DNA from: the human T2T-CHM13v2.0 reference genome, Homo sapiens | Reading direction: 5' to 3' (one strand) | Length of the DNA: 64,000 nt | Assembly: GCF_009914755.1 (NCBI RefSeq) | Contig: NC_060948.1 | Shown: piece by piece, positions 14,601 through 29,600 of the stretch | How positions within the stretch are numbered: the stretch's first letter is position 1 | How the letters are laid out: each line of letters opens with the position of its first letter | The notes under the pieces: model-generated | What the model saw: the letters and a program-made list of their open reading frames with translations, nothing else | Told to the model about the DNA's origin: nothing | Databases searched by the model: none | Made by a program: the position numbers and the translations under genes

Positions 14601-17600
14601 GGAATCTATTGGAATGGACTGTAATGGAATGGAATGGAAGGGATTGGAATGGACTCGAATGGAATGGACTGCAATAGAAAGGATTCGAATGGAATGAAAA
14701 AGAATTGAATGGAATAGAACAGAATGGAATCAAATCGAATGAAATGGAATGGAATAGAAAGGAATGGAATGAAATGGAATGGAAAGGATTCGAATGGAAT
14801 GCAATCGAATGGAATGGAATCGAACGGAATGGAATAAAATGGAAGAAAACTGGCAAGAAATGGAATCGAAATGAATGGAGTGTTATGGAACGGACTCAAA
14901 AGGAATTGAATGTAATAGAATGGAGTGGAGTGGACTCGAATATAATGGACTGGAATGGAATGAAATCACATGGAATGGGAACGAATGGAATGGAATGGAA
15001 AGGAATGGAATCGAATGGAAAGGAATCGAATGGAAGGGAATGAAATTGAATCAACAGGAATGGAAGGGAATAGAATAGACGGTAATGGAATGGACTCGAA
15101 TAGAATGGACACGAATGCTCAAATTGAATGGACTCGAATGGAATGGAAACGAAAGGAATGTCATCGAATGGAATTGAATCGATTGGAATGAAATCGCATA
15201 GACTGGAGTGGAATCAAATGGAATTGAATCGAAAGGAAAGGAAGCGAATGGACTGAAATGAAATGGAATGGAATTGAATGGAAAGTAATGCAATGGAATA
15301 GAATGGAACGAAATTTCACGGAATGGAATCAAAATGAATGGAATCAAATCAATGGAATCTAATCAAATGGAATGGAAAGGAATTGAATGGAGTAGATTGG
15401 ATTGGATGGGATTGGAATGAAATGTACTGGAAAGGACTCGAATTTCATGAAACGGAATGGAATGAATTGGAACGGAATGGACTCGAATGGAATGGAATGT
15501 CATGGAATGGCATCAAATGGAATGGCATCAAATGGAATGGAATCGAATGCAATGGAATGCTATGGAATGGAATGGAATGCATTGGAATGGAATGTCCTCT
15601 AATGGAATGGATTCGAGTGGAATGGAATCGAATATAATGGAGTCGAATGAAATGGAATTGAAAGGAATGGGATCGAATAGAATGGAATATACTGAAATGT
15701 AATGTAATGAACTCGAATATAATTGACTGGAATGGAATGTACATGAATGGAATGTAATCGAATGGAAAGTAATCCAATGGAATAGAATCTAATGCAATAA
15801 AACCGACTCAGATAGAGTAGAATGTAATGGAATGGAGTGCAGTGCAATGGAATGGAATGGAATTGAATGCAATGGAATGGAATGGAATGGAATGGAATGG
15901 AATGGAATGGAATGGAATGGAATGGGATGGAATGGTATGGAATGGATAGTAATGGACTGGAGTGAAATGGACTGGAAAGGAATGGACTCAAATTGAAAGG
16001 GCTCGAAAGGAATGGAGTCAAATGGAATGGTCTGGAATGGAATGAACACGAGTGTAATGCAATCCAATAGAATGGAAACGAATGACATGGAATATAAAGA
16101 AATGGAATCGAAGAGAATGGAAACAAATGGAATGGAATTGAATGGAATGGAATTGAATGGAATGGGAACGAATGGAGTGAAATTGTATGCAGTAGAAGGG
16201 AATAGAATGGAATGCAAGCGAAAGGAAAGGAATGGATTGGAATGGAATGGAATTCATTGGAATGGAAGGGAATGTAGTGTAATGGACAGGCCTGGAATAA
16301 AGTGGAATGCTACGGTCTCGAATGGAATAAAAATGTATGGAATGGAATGCAATGAAACGGAATCGAATGTCATAGAATGTAATGGAATGCAACAAAATGG
16401 AATCCAAAATCATTGACTGGAAAGGCTGGATGTCGAAAGGAATTGACTCCAATGGAATGGAATCGAATGGAATGGAAGTGAATAGAATCGAACTAAATCG
16501 AATGGAATGGAATTGATAGGAACGGAATGGAAAGGAATGCAATGATTTGGCATGGAATGGAATCGAATGGCATCGAATGGAATGGAATGGAATGCAATGG
16601 AATGGAATGTATTAGAATGTAATGAACTTTAATGGAATGTACTCGAATGGATTCGACTGGAATGGAATGTTCTGGAAGTGAATGGACTCCAATGGAATGG
16701 ATTCAAAAGGAATGGAATCGTACGGAATGGAATCTAATGGAATGGAATTAAATGGAAATGAATCAAATTGAATAGCACGGAATTGAATTGAATGGAATCG
16801 AATGCAATGGAATCTAATGAAACGGAAAGGAAAGGAATGCAATGGAATGGAATGGGCTGGAATGGAAAGGAATCGAAACGAATGGAATGGAATCGAACTG
16901 AAGAGACTGGAATGGAATGCACTGGAATGGAAGGGAGTGTAATGGAAGGTTCTCGAAAAAAATGGAATCGAATGGAATGGAATTGAATGGAACGGAATAG
17001 AGTCGAATGGAATTGAATGGAATGGAATGGACTAGAGTGAAATGGAATCGAACCACAAGGAATGGAGAGGAATAGAATGGTCTCGAATTGAATGGAATCG
17101 TATGGAATGGCATCAAACGGAATGGAATGGACAGCCACGGAATGGAATGCACTCGAATGCAATGGAGTCGAAACTAATGGACTGGAATAGAATGGACTCG
17201 ACTGGTACGGACTCCAATGGAAGGGAATCGAATGGAAGGGAATCGAACGGAATGGACTCGAAGGGAAAAGACTGCAATGGAAAGGTCTCGAATGGAATGG
17301 AAATTAATGGAATGGAATGGAATCGAATGAAATGGAGTCAAAAGGAATGGAATCGAATGGCAAGAAATCGAATGTAATGGAATCGCAAGGAATTGATGTG
17401 AACGGAACGGAATGGAATGGAATCCAAAGGAATGGAATAGAATGGAATGGAATCGAATGGAAAGGACTCGAATGGAAATCACTGGAATAGAATGCAATTT
17501 AATAAAATAGGATCAAATGTAATGGAATGGAATGGAAAGGAATCGAAACGAAAGGAATGGAGACAGATGGAATGGAATAGAACAGAGAGCAATGGTATAG

Positions 17601-20600
17601 AATGGAATGGAATCATCTGGAATGGAATTGAATGGAATGGAATAATATGAAATGGAATGGAATGGAATGGAATGGAATGCCCTTGAATTAAATGGACTGG
17701 AATGGAATGGACTCGAACAGAGTGGAATGGAAAGTGTTGAGATAGAATGGAATGGACTCGTTTGGAATGGTCTAGTATGCAATGCAATCGACTGGCAGGG
17801 AATCAAAAGGAATGTAATCGAATGGATTGGACTGGAATGCAATGGACTCGAATAGATTGCAAACGGAATGCAAAGGAATGGAATGGAATAGTATGGAATG
17901 GAATGGAAAGGAATGGAGTGGAATAGACTAGAGTGGAATGGAATGGACTGGAAAGCAATGGACTGGAATGGAACTTTCTTGAATGGACTGGAATCAAACG
18001 GAATGGAATGCAATGCAATCAAATGGCATGGAATAAAATAGAATGAAAGAGAATCAAATGGAATTGAATCGAATGGAATCGAATGGATTGGAAAGGAATA
18101 GAATGGAATGGAATGGAATTGACTCAAATGGAATGGACTAGAATGGAATGGATTCGAATGGAAGGCAAAGGAATGGAATCTATTGGAATGGACTGTAATG
18201 GAATGGAATGGAAGGGATTGGAATGGACTCGAATGGAATGGACTGCAATAGAAAGGATTCGAATGGAATGAAAAAGAATTGAATGGAATAGAACAGAATG
18301 GAATCAAATCGAATGAAATGGAATGGAATAGAAAGGAATGGAATGAAATGGAATGGAAAGGATTCGAATGGAATGCAATCGAATGGAATGGAATCGAACG
18401 GAATGGAATAAAATGGAAGAAAACTGGCAAGAAATGGAATCGAAATGAATGGAGTGTTATGGAACGGACTCAAAAGGAATTGAATGTAATAGAATGGAGT
18501 GGAGTGGACTCGAATATAATGGACTGGAATGGAATGAAATCACATGGAATGGGAACGAATGGAATGGAATGGAAAGGAATGGAATCGAATGGAAAGGAAT
18601 CGAATGGAAGGGAATGAAATTGAATCAACAGGAATGGAAGGGAATAGAATAGACGGTAATGGAATGGACTCGAATAGAATGGACACGAATGCTCAAATTG
18701 AATGGACTCGAATGGAATGGAAACGAAAGGAATGTCATCGAATGGAATTGAATCGATTGGAATGAAATCGCATAGAATGGAGTGGAATCAAATGGAATTG
18801 AATCGAAAGGAAAGGAAGCGAATGGACTGAAATGAAATGGAATGGAATTGAATGGAAAGTAATGCAATGGAATAGAATGGAACGAAATTTCACAGAATGG
18901 AATCAAACTGAATGGAATCAAACCAATGGAAACAAATCAAATGGAATGGAAAGGAATTGAATGGAGTAGATTGGATTGGATGGGATTGGAATGAAATGTA
19001 CTGGAAAGGACTCGAATTTCATGAAACGGAATGGAATGAATTGGAACGGAACGGACTCGAATGGAATGGAATGTCATGGAATGGCATCAAATGGAATGGC
19101 ATCAAATGGAATGGAATCGAATGCAATGGAATGCTATGGAATGGAATGGAATGCATTGGAATGGAATGTCCTCTAATGGAATGGATTCGAGTGGAATGGA
19201 ATCGAATATAATGGAGTCGAATGAAATGGAATTGAAAGGAATGGGATCGAATAGAATGGAATATACTGAAATGTAATGTAATGAACTCGAATATAATTGA
19301 CTGGAATGGAATGTACATGAATGGAATGTAATCGAATGGAAAGTAATCCAATGGAATAGAATCTAATGCAATAAAACCGACTCAGATAGAGTAGAATGTA
19401 ATGGAATGGAGTGCAGTGCAATGGAATGGAATGGAATTGAATGCAATGGAATGGAATGGAATGGAATGGAATGGAATGGAATGGAATGGGATGGAATGGT
19501 ATGGAATGGATAGTAATGGACTGGAGTGAAATGGACTGGAAAGGAATGGACTCAAATTGAAAGGGCTCGAAAGGAATGGAGTCAAATGGAATGGTCTGGA
19601 ATGGAATGAACACGAGTGTAATGCAATCCAATAGAATGGAAACGAATGACATGGAATATAAAGAAATGGAATCGAAGAGAATGGAAACAAATGGAATGGA
19701 ATTGAATGGAATGGAATTGAATGGAATGGGAACGAATGGAGTGAAATTGTATGCAGTAGAAGGGAATAGAATGGAATGCAAGCGAAAGGAAAGGAATGGA
19801 TTGGAATGGAATGGAATTCATTGGAATGGAAGGGAATGTAGTGTAATGGACAGGCCTGGAATAAAGTGGAATGCTACGGTCTCGAATGGAATAAAAATGT
19901 ATGGAATGGAATGCAATGAAACGGAATCGAATGTCATAGAATGTAATGGAATGCAACAAAATGGAATCCAAAATCATTGACTGGAAAGGCTGGATGTCGA
20001 AAGGAATTGACTCCAATGGAATGGAATCGAATGGAATGGAAGTGAATAGAATCGAACTAAATCGAATGGAATGGAATTGATAGGAACGGAATGGAAAGGA
20101 ATGCAATGATTTGGCATGGAATGGAATCGAATGGCATCGAATGGAATGGAATGGAATGCAATGGAATGGAATGTATTAGAATGTAATGAACTTTAATGGA
20201 ATGTACTCGAATGGATTCGACTGGAATGGAATGTTCTGGAAGTGAATGGACTCCAATGGAATGGATTCAAAAGGAATGGAATCGTACGGAATGGAATCTA
20301 ATGGAATGGAATTAAATGGAAATGAATCAAATTGAATAGCACGGAATTGAATTGAATGGAATCGAATGCAATGGAATCTAATGAAACGGAAAGGAAAGGA
20401 ATGCAATGGAATGGAATGGGCTGGAATGGAAAGGAATCGAAACGAATGGAATGGAATCGAACTGAAGAGACTGGAATGGAATGCACTGGAATGGAAGGGA
20501 GTGTAATGGAAGGTTCTCGAAAAAAATGGAATCGAATGGAATGGAATTGAATGGAACGGAATAGAGTCGAATGGAATTGAATGGAATGGAATGGACTAGA

Positions 20601-23600
20601 GTGAAATGGAATCGAACCACAAGGAATGGAGAGGAATAGAATGGTCTCGAATTGAATGGAATCGTATGGAATGGCATCAAACGGAATGGAATGGACAGCC
20701 ACGGAATGGAATGCACTCGAATGCAATGGAGTCGAAACTAATGGACTGGAATAGAATGGACTCGACTGGTACGGACTCCAATGGAAGGGAATCGAATGGA
20801 AGGGAATCGAACGGAATGGACTCGAAGGGAAAAGACTGCAATGGAAAGGTCTCGAATGGAATGGAAATTAATGGAATGGAATGGAATCGAATGAAATGGA
20901 GTCAAAAGGAATGGAATCGAATGGCAAGAAATCGAATGTAATGGAATCGCAAGGAATTGATGTGAACGGAACGGAATGGAATGGAATCCAAAGGAATGGA
21001 ATAGAATGGAATGGAATCGAATGGAAAGGACTCGAATGGAAATCACTGGAATAGAATGCAATTTAATAAAATAGGATCAAATGTAATGGAATGGAATGGA
21101 AAGGAATCGAAACGAAAGGAATGGAGACAGATGGAATGGAATAGAACAGAGAGCAATGGTATAGAATGGAATGGAATCATCTGGAATGGAATTGAATGGA
21201 ATGGAATAATATGAAATGGAATGGAATGGAATGGAATGGAATGCCCTTGAATTAAATGGACTGGAATGGAATGGACTCGAACAGAGTGGAATGGAAAGTG
21301 TTGAGATAGAATGGAATGGACTCGTTTGGAATGGTCTAGTATGCAATGCAATCGACTGGCAGGGAATCAAAAGTAATGTAATCGAATGGATTGGACTGGA
21401 ATGCAATGGACTCGAATAGATTGCAAACGGAATGCAAAGGAATGGAATGGAATAGTATGGAATGGAATGGAAAGGAATGGAGTGGAATAGACTAGAGTGG
21501 AATGGAATGGACTGGAAAGCAATGGACTGGAATGGAACTTTCTTGAATGGACTGGAATCAAACGGAATGGAATGCAATGCAATCAAATGGCATGGAATAA
21601 AATAGAATGAAAGAGAATCAAATGGAATTGAATCGAATGGAATCGAATGGATTGGAAAGGAATAGAATGGAATGGAATGGAATTGACTCAAATGGAATGG
21701 ACTAGAATGGAATGGATTCGAATGGAAGGCAAAGGAATGGAATCTATTGGAATGGACTGTAATGGAATGGAATGGAAGGGATTGGAATGGACTCGAATGG
21801 AATGGACTGCAATAGAAAGGATTCGAATGGAATGAAAAAGAATTGAATGGAATAGAACAGAATGGAATCAAATCGAATGAAATGGAATGGAATAGAAAGG
21901 AATGGAATGAAATGGAATGGAAAGGATTCGAATGGAATGCAATCGAATGGAATGGAATCGAACGGAATGGAATAAAATGGAAGAAAACTGGCAAGAAATG
22001 GAATCGAAATGAATGGAGTGTTATGGAACGGACTCAAAAGGAATTGAATGTAATAGAATGGAGTGGAGTGGACTCGAATATAATGGACTGGAATGGAATG
22101 AAATCACATGGAATGGGAACGAATGGAATGGAATGGAAAGGAATGGAATCGAATGGAAAGGAATCGAATGGAAGGGAATGAAATTGAATCAACAGGAATG
22201 GAAGGGAATAGAATAGACGGTAATGGAATGGACTCGAATAGAATGGACACGAATGCTCAAATTGAATGGACTCGAATGGAATGGAAACGAAAGGAATGTC
22301 ATCGAATGGAATTGAATCGATTGGAATGAAATCGCATAGAATGGAGTGGAATCAAATGGAATTGAATCGAAAGGAAAGGAAGCGAATGGACTGAAATGAA
22401 ATGGAATGGAATTGAATGGAAAGTAATGCAATGGAATAGAATGGAACGAAATTTCACGGAATGGAATCAAACTGAATGGAATCAAATCAATGGAATCTAA
22501 TCAAATGGAATGGAAAGGAATTGAATGGAGTAGATTGGATTGGATGGGATTGGAATGAAATGTACTGGAAAGGACTCGAATTTCATGAAACGGAATGGAA
22601 TGAATTGGAACGGAATGGACTCGAATGGAATGGAATGTCATGGAATGGCATCAAATGGAATGGCATCAAATGGAATGGAATCGAATGCAATGGAATGCTA
22701 TGGAATGGAATGGAATGCATTGGAATGGAATGTCCTCTAATGGAATGGATTCGAGTGGAATGGAATCGAATATAATGGAGTCGAATGAAATGGAATTGAA
22801 AGGAATGGGATCGAATAGAATGGAATATACTGAAATGTAATGTAATGAACTCGAATATAATTGACTGGAATGGAATGTACATGAATGGAATGTAATCGAA
22901 TGGAAAGTAATCCAATGGAATAGAATCTAATGCAATAAAACCGACTCAGATAGAGTAGAATGTAATGGAATGGAGTGCAGTGCAATGGAATGGAATGGAA
23001 TTGAATGCAATGGAATGGAATGGAATGGAATGGAATGGAATGGAATGGAATGGAATGGAATGGGATGGAATGGTATGGAATGGATAGTAATGGACTGGAG
23101 TGAAATGGACTGGAAAGGAATGGACTCAAATTGAAAGGGCTCGAAAGGAATGGAGTCAAATGGAATGGTCTGGAATGGAATGAACACGAGTGTAATGCAA
23201 TCCAATAGAATGGAAACGAATGACATGCAATATAAAGAAATGGAATCGAAGAGAATGGAAACAAATGGAATGGAATTGAATGGAATGGAATTGAATGGAA
23301 TGGGAACGAATGGAGTGAAATTGTATGCAGTAGAAGGGAATAGAATGGAATGCAAGCGAAAGGAAAGGAATGGATTGGAATGGAATGGAATTCATTGGAA
23401 TGGAAGGGAATGTAGTGTAATGGACAGGCCTGGAATAAAGTGGAATGCTACGGTCTCGAATGGAATAAAAATGTATGGAATGGAATGCAATGAAACGGAA
23501 TCGAATGTCATAGAATGTAATGGAATGCAACAAAATGGAATCCAAAATCATTGACTGGAAAGGCTGGATGTCGAAAGGAATTGACTCCAATGGAATGGAA

Positions 23601-26600
23601 TCGAATGGAATGGAAGTGAATAGAATCGAACTAAATCGAATGGAATGGAATTGATAGGAACGGAATGGAAAGGAATGCAATGATTTGGCATGGAATGGAA
23701 TCGAATGGCATCGAATGGAATGGAATGGAATGCAATGGAATGGAATGTATTAGAATGTAATGAACTTTAATGGAATGTACTCGAATGGATTCGACTGGAA
23801 TGGAATGTTCTGGAAGTGAATGGACTCCAATGGAATGGATTCCAAAGGAATGGAATCGTACGGAATGGAATCTAATGGAATGGAATTAAATGGAAATGAA
23901 TCAAATTGAATAGCACGGAATTGAATTGAATGGAATCGAATGCAATGGAATCTAATGAAACGGAAAGGAAAGGAATGCAATGGAATGGAATGGGCTGGAA
24001 TGGAAAGGAATCGAAACGAATGGAATGGAATCGAACTGAAGAGACTGGAATGGAATGCACTGGAATGGAAGGGAGTGTAATGGAAGGTTCTCGAAAAAAA
24101 TGGAATCGAATGGAATGGAATTGAATGGAACGGAATAGAGTCGAATGGAATTGAATGGAATGGAATGGACTAGAGTGAAATGGAATCGAACCACAAGGAA
24201 TGGAGAGGAATAGAATGGTCTCGAATTGAATGGAATCGTATGGAATGGCATCAAACGGAATGGAATGGACAGCCACGGAATGGAATGCACTCGAATGCAA
24301 TGGAGTCGAAACTAATGGACTGGAATAGAATGGACTCGACTGGTACGGACTCCAATGGAAGGGAATCGAATGGAAGGGAATCGAACGGAATGGACTCGAA
24401 GGGAAAAGACTGCAATGGAAAGGTCTCGAATGGAATGGAAATTAATGGAATGGAATGGAATCGAATGAAATGGAGTCAAAAGGAATGGAATCGAATGGCA
24501 AGAAATCGAATGTAATGGAATCGCAAGGAATTGATGTGAACGGAACGGAATGGAATGGAATCCAAAGGAATGGAATAGAATGGAATGGAATCGAATGGAA
24601 AGGACTCGAATGGAAATCACTCGAATAGAATGCAATTTAATAAAATAGGATCAAATGTAATGGAATGGAATGGAAAGGAATCGAAACGAAAGGAATGGAG
24701 ACAGATGGAATGGAATAGAACAGAGAGCAATGGTATAGAATCGAATGGAATCATCTGGAATGGAATTGAATGGAATGGAATAATATGAAATGGAATGGAA
24801 TGGAATGGAATGGAATGCCCTTGAATTAAATGGACTGGAATGGAATGGACTCGAACAGAGTGGAATGGAAAGTGTTGAGATAGAATGGAATGGACTCGTT
24901 TGGAATGGTCTAGTATGCAATGCAATCGACTGGCAGGGAATCAAAAGGAATGTAATCGAATGGATTGGACTGGAATGCAATGGACTTGAATAGATTGCAA
25001 ACGGAATGCAAAGGAATGGAATGGAATAGTATGGAATGGAATGGAAAGGAATGGAGTGGAATAGACTAGAGTGGAATGGAATGGACTGGAAAGCAATGGA
25101 CTGGAATGGAACTTTCTTGAATGGACTGGAATCAAACGGAATGGAATGCAATGCAATTAAATGGCGTGGAATAAAATAGAATGAAAGAGAATCAAATGGA
25201 ATTGAATCGAATGGAATCGAATGGATTGGAAAGGAATAGAATGGAATGGAATGGAATGGACTCAAATGGAATGGACTAGAATGGAATGGATTCGAATGGA
25301 AGGCAAAGGAATGGAATCTATTGGAATGGACTGTAATGGAATGGAATGGAAGGGATTGGAATGGACTCGAATGGAATGGACTGCAATAGAAAGGATTCGA
25401 ATGGAATGAAAAAGAATTGAATGGAATAGAACAGAATGGAATCAAATCGAATGAAATGGAATGGAATAGAAAGGAATGGAATGAAATGGAATGGAAAGGA
25501 TTCGAATGGAATGCAATCGAATGGAATGGAATCGAACGGAATGGAATAAAATGGAAGAAAACTGGCAAGAAATGGAATCGAAATGAATGGAGTGTTATGG
25601 AACGGACTCAAAAGGAATTGAATGTAATAGAATGGAGTGGAGTGGACTCGAATATAATGGACTGGAATGGAATGAAATCACATGGAATGGGAACGAATGG
25701 AATGGAATGGAAAGGAATGGAATCGAATGGAAAGGAATCGAATGGAAGGGAATGAAATTGAATCAACAGGAATGGAAGGGAATAGAATAGACGGTAATGG
25801 AATGGACTCGAATAGAATGGACACGAATGCTCAAATTGAATGGACTCGAATGGAATGGAAACGAAAGGAATGTCATCGAATGGAATTGAATCGATTGGAA
25901 TGCAATCGCATAGAATGGAGTGGAATCAAATGGAATTGAATCGAAAGGAAAGGAAGCGAATGGACTGAAATGAAATGGAATGGAATTGAATGGAAAGTTA
26001 TGTAATAGAATAGAATGGAACGAAATTTCACGGAATGCAATCAAACTGAATGGAATCAAATCAATGGAATCAAATCAAATGGAATGGAAAGGAATTGAAT
26101 GGAGTAGATTGGATTGGATGGGATTGGAATGAAATGTACTGGAAAGGACTCGAATTTCATGAAACGGAATGGAATGAATTGGAACGGAACGGACTCGAAT
26201 GGAATGGAATGTCATGGAATGGCATCAAATGGAATGGCATCAAATGGAATGGAATCGAATGCAATGGAGTGCTATGGAATGGAATGGAATGCATTGGAAT
26301 GGAATGTCCTCTAATGGAATGGATTCGAGTGGAATGGAATCGAATATAATGGAGTCGAAAGAAATGGAATTGAAAGGAATGGGATCGAATAGAATGGAAT
26401 ATACTGGAATGTAATGTAATGAACTCGAATGTAATTGACTGGAATGGAATGTACATGAATGGAATGTAATCGAATGGAAAGTAATCCAATGGAATAGAAT
26501 CTAATGCAATAAAATCGACTCAGATAGAGTAGAATGTAATGGAAAGGAGTGCAGTGCAATGGAATGGAATGGAATGGAATGCAATGGAATGCAATGGAAT

Positions 26601-29600
26601 GGAATGGAATGGGATGGAATGGTGTGGAATGGATAGTAATGGACTGGAGTGAAATGGACTGGAAAGGAATGGACTCAAATTGAAAGGGCTCGAAAGGAAT
26701 GGAGTCAAATGGAATGGTCTGGAATGGAATGAACACGAATGTAATGCAATCCAATAGAATGGAATCGAATGGCATGGAATATAAAGAAATGGAATCGAAG
26801 AGAATGCAAACAAATGGAATGGAATTGAATGGAATGGAATTGAATGGAATGGGAACGAATGGAGTGAAATTGTATGCAGTAGAAGAGAATAGAATGGAAT
26901 GCAAGCGAAAGGAAAGGAATGGATTGGAATGGAATGGAATTCATTGGAATGGAAGGGAATGTAGTGTAATGGACAGGCCTGGAATAAAGTGGAATGCTAC
27001 GGTCTCGAATGGAATAAAAATGTATGGAATGGAATGCAATGAAACGGAATCGAATGTCATAGAATGTAATGGAATGCAAAAAAATGGAATCCAAAATCAT
27101 TGACTGGAAAGGCTGGGTGTCGAAAGGAATTGACTCCAATGGAATGGAATCGAATGGAATGGAAGTGAATAGAATCGAACTAAATCGAATGGAATGGAAT
27201 TGATAGGAACTGAATGGAAAGGAATGCAATGATTTGGCATGGAATGGAATCGAATGGCATCGAATGGAATGGAATGGAATGCAATGGAATGGAATGTATT
27301 AGAATGTAATTAACTTTAATGGTATGTACTCGAATGGATTCGACTGGAATGGAATGTTCTGGAAGTGAATGGATTCCAATGGAATGGATTCAAAAGGAAT
27401 GGAATCGTACGGAATGGAATCTAATGGAATGGAATTAAATGGAAATGAATCAAATTGAATAGCACGGAATTGAATTGAATGGAATCGAATGCAATGGAAT
27501 CTAATGAAACGGAAAGGAAAGGAATGGAATGGAATGGAATGGGCTGGAATGGAAAGGAATCGAAACGAATGGAATGGAATCGAACTGAAGAGACTGGAAT
27601 GGAATGCACTGGAATGGAAGGGAGTGTAATGGAAGGTTCTCGAAAAAAATGGAATCGAATGGAATGGAATTGAATGGAACGGAATAGAGTCGAATGGAAT
27701 TGAATGGAATGGAATGGACTAGAGTGAAATGGAATCGAACCACAAGGAATGGACAGGAATAGAATGGTCTCGAATTGAATGGAATCGTATGGAATGGCAT
27801 CAAACGGAATGGAATGGACAGCCACGGAATGGAATGCACTCGAATGCAATGGAGTCGAAACTAATGGACTGGAATAGAATGGACTCGACTGGTACGGACT
27901 CCAATGGAAGGGAATCGAATGGAAGGGAATCGAACGGAATGGACTCGAAGGGAAAAGACTGCAATGGAAAGGTCTCGAATGGAATGGAAATTAATGGAAT
28001 GGAATGGAATCGAATGAAATGGAGTCAAAAGGAATGGAATCGAATGGCAAGAAATCGAATGTAATGGAATCGCAAGGAATTGATGTGAACGGAACGGAAT
28101 GGAATGGAATCCAAAGGAATGGAATAGAATGGAATGGAATCGAATGGAAAGGACTCGAATGGAAATCACTCGAATAGAATGCAATTTAATAAAATAGGAT
28201 CAAATGTAATGGAATGGAATGGAAAGGAATCGAAACGAAAGGAATGGAGACAGATGGAATGGAATGGAACAGAGAGCAATGGTATAGAATGGAATGGAAT
28301 CATCTGGAATGGAATTGAATGGAATGGAATAATATGAAATGGAATGGAATGGAATGGAATGCCCTTGAATTAAATGGACTGGAATGGAATGGACTCGAAC
28401 AGAGTGGAATTTAAAGTGTTGAGATAGAATGGAATGGACTCGTTTGGAATGGTCTAGTAGGCAATGCAATCGACTGGCAGGGAATCAAAAGGAATGTAAT
28501 GGAATGGATTGTACTGGAATGCAATGGACTCGAATAGATTAGAAACGGAATGCAAAGGAATGGAATGGAATAGTATGGAATGGAATGGAAAGGAATGGAG
28601 TGGAATAGACTAGAGTGGAATGGAATGGACTGGAAAGCAATGGACTGGAATGGAACTTTCTTGAATGGACTGGAATCAAACGGAATGGAATGCAATGCAA
28701 TCAAATGGCATGGAATAAAATAGAATGAAAGAGAATCAAATGGAATTGAATCGAATGGAATCGAATGGATTGGAAAGGAATAGAATGGAATGGAATGGAA
28801 TGGACTCAAATGGAATGGACTAGAATGGAATGGATTCGAATGGAAGGCAAAGGAATGGAATCTATTGGAATGGACTGTAATGGAATGGAATGGAAGGGAT
28901 TGGAATGGACTCGAATGGAATGGACTGCAATAGAAAGGATTCGAATGGAATGAAAAAGAATTGAATGGAATAGAACAGAATGGAATCAAATCGAATGAAA
29001 TGGAATGGAATAGAAAGGAATGGAATGAAATGGAATGGAAAGGATTCGAATGGAATGCAATCGAATGGAATGGAATCGAACGGAATGGAATAAAATGGAA
29101 GAAAACTGGCAAGAAATGGAATCGAAATGAATGGAGTGTTATGGAACGGACTCAAAAGGAATTGAATGTAATAGAATGGAGTGGAGTGGACTCGAATATA
29201 ATGGACTGGAATGGAATGAAATCACATGGAATGGGAACGAATGGAATGGAATGGAAAGGAATGGAATCGAATGGAAAGGAATCGAATGGAAGGGAATGAA
29301 ATTGAATCAACAGGAATGGAAGGGAATAGAATAGACGGTAATGGAATGGACTCGAATAGAATGGACACGAATGCTCAAATTGAATGGACTCGAATGGAAT
29401 GGAAACGAAAGGAATGTCATCGAATGGAATTGAATCGATTGGAATGAAATCGCATAGAATGGAGTGGAATCAAATGGAATTGAATCGAAAGGAAAGGAAG
29501 CGAATGGACTGAAATGAAATGGAATGGAATTGAATGGAAAGTTATGTAATAGAATAGAATGGAACGAAATTTCACGGAATGCAATCAAACTGAATGGAAT

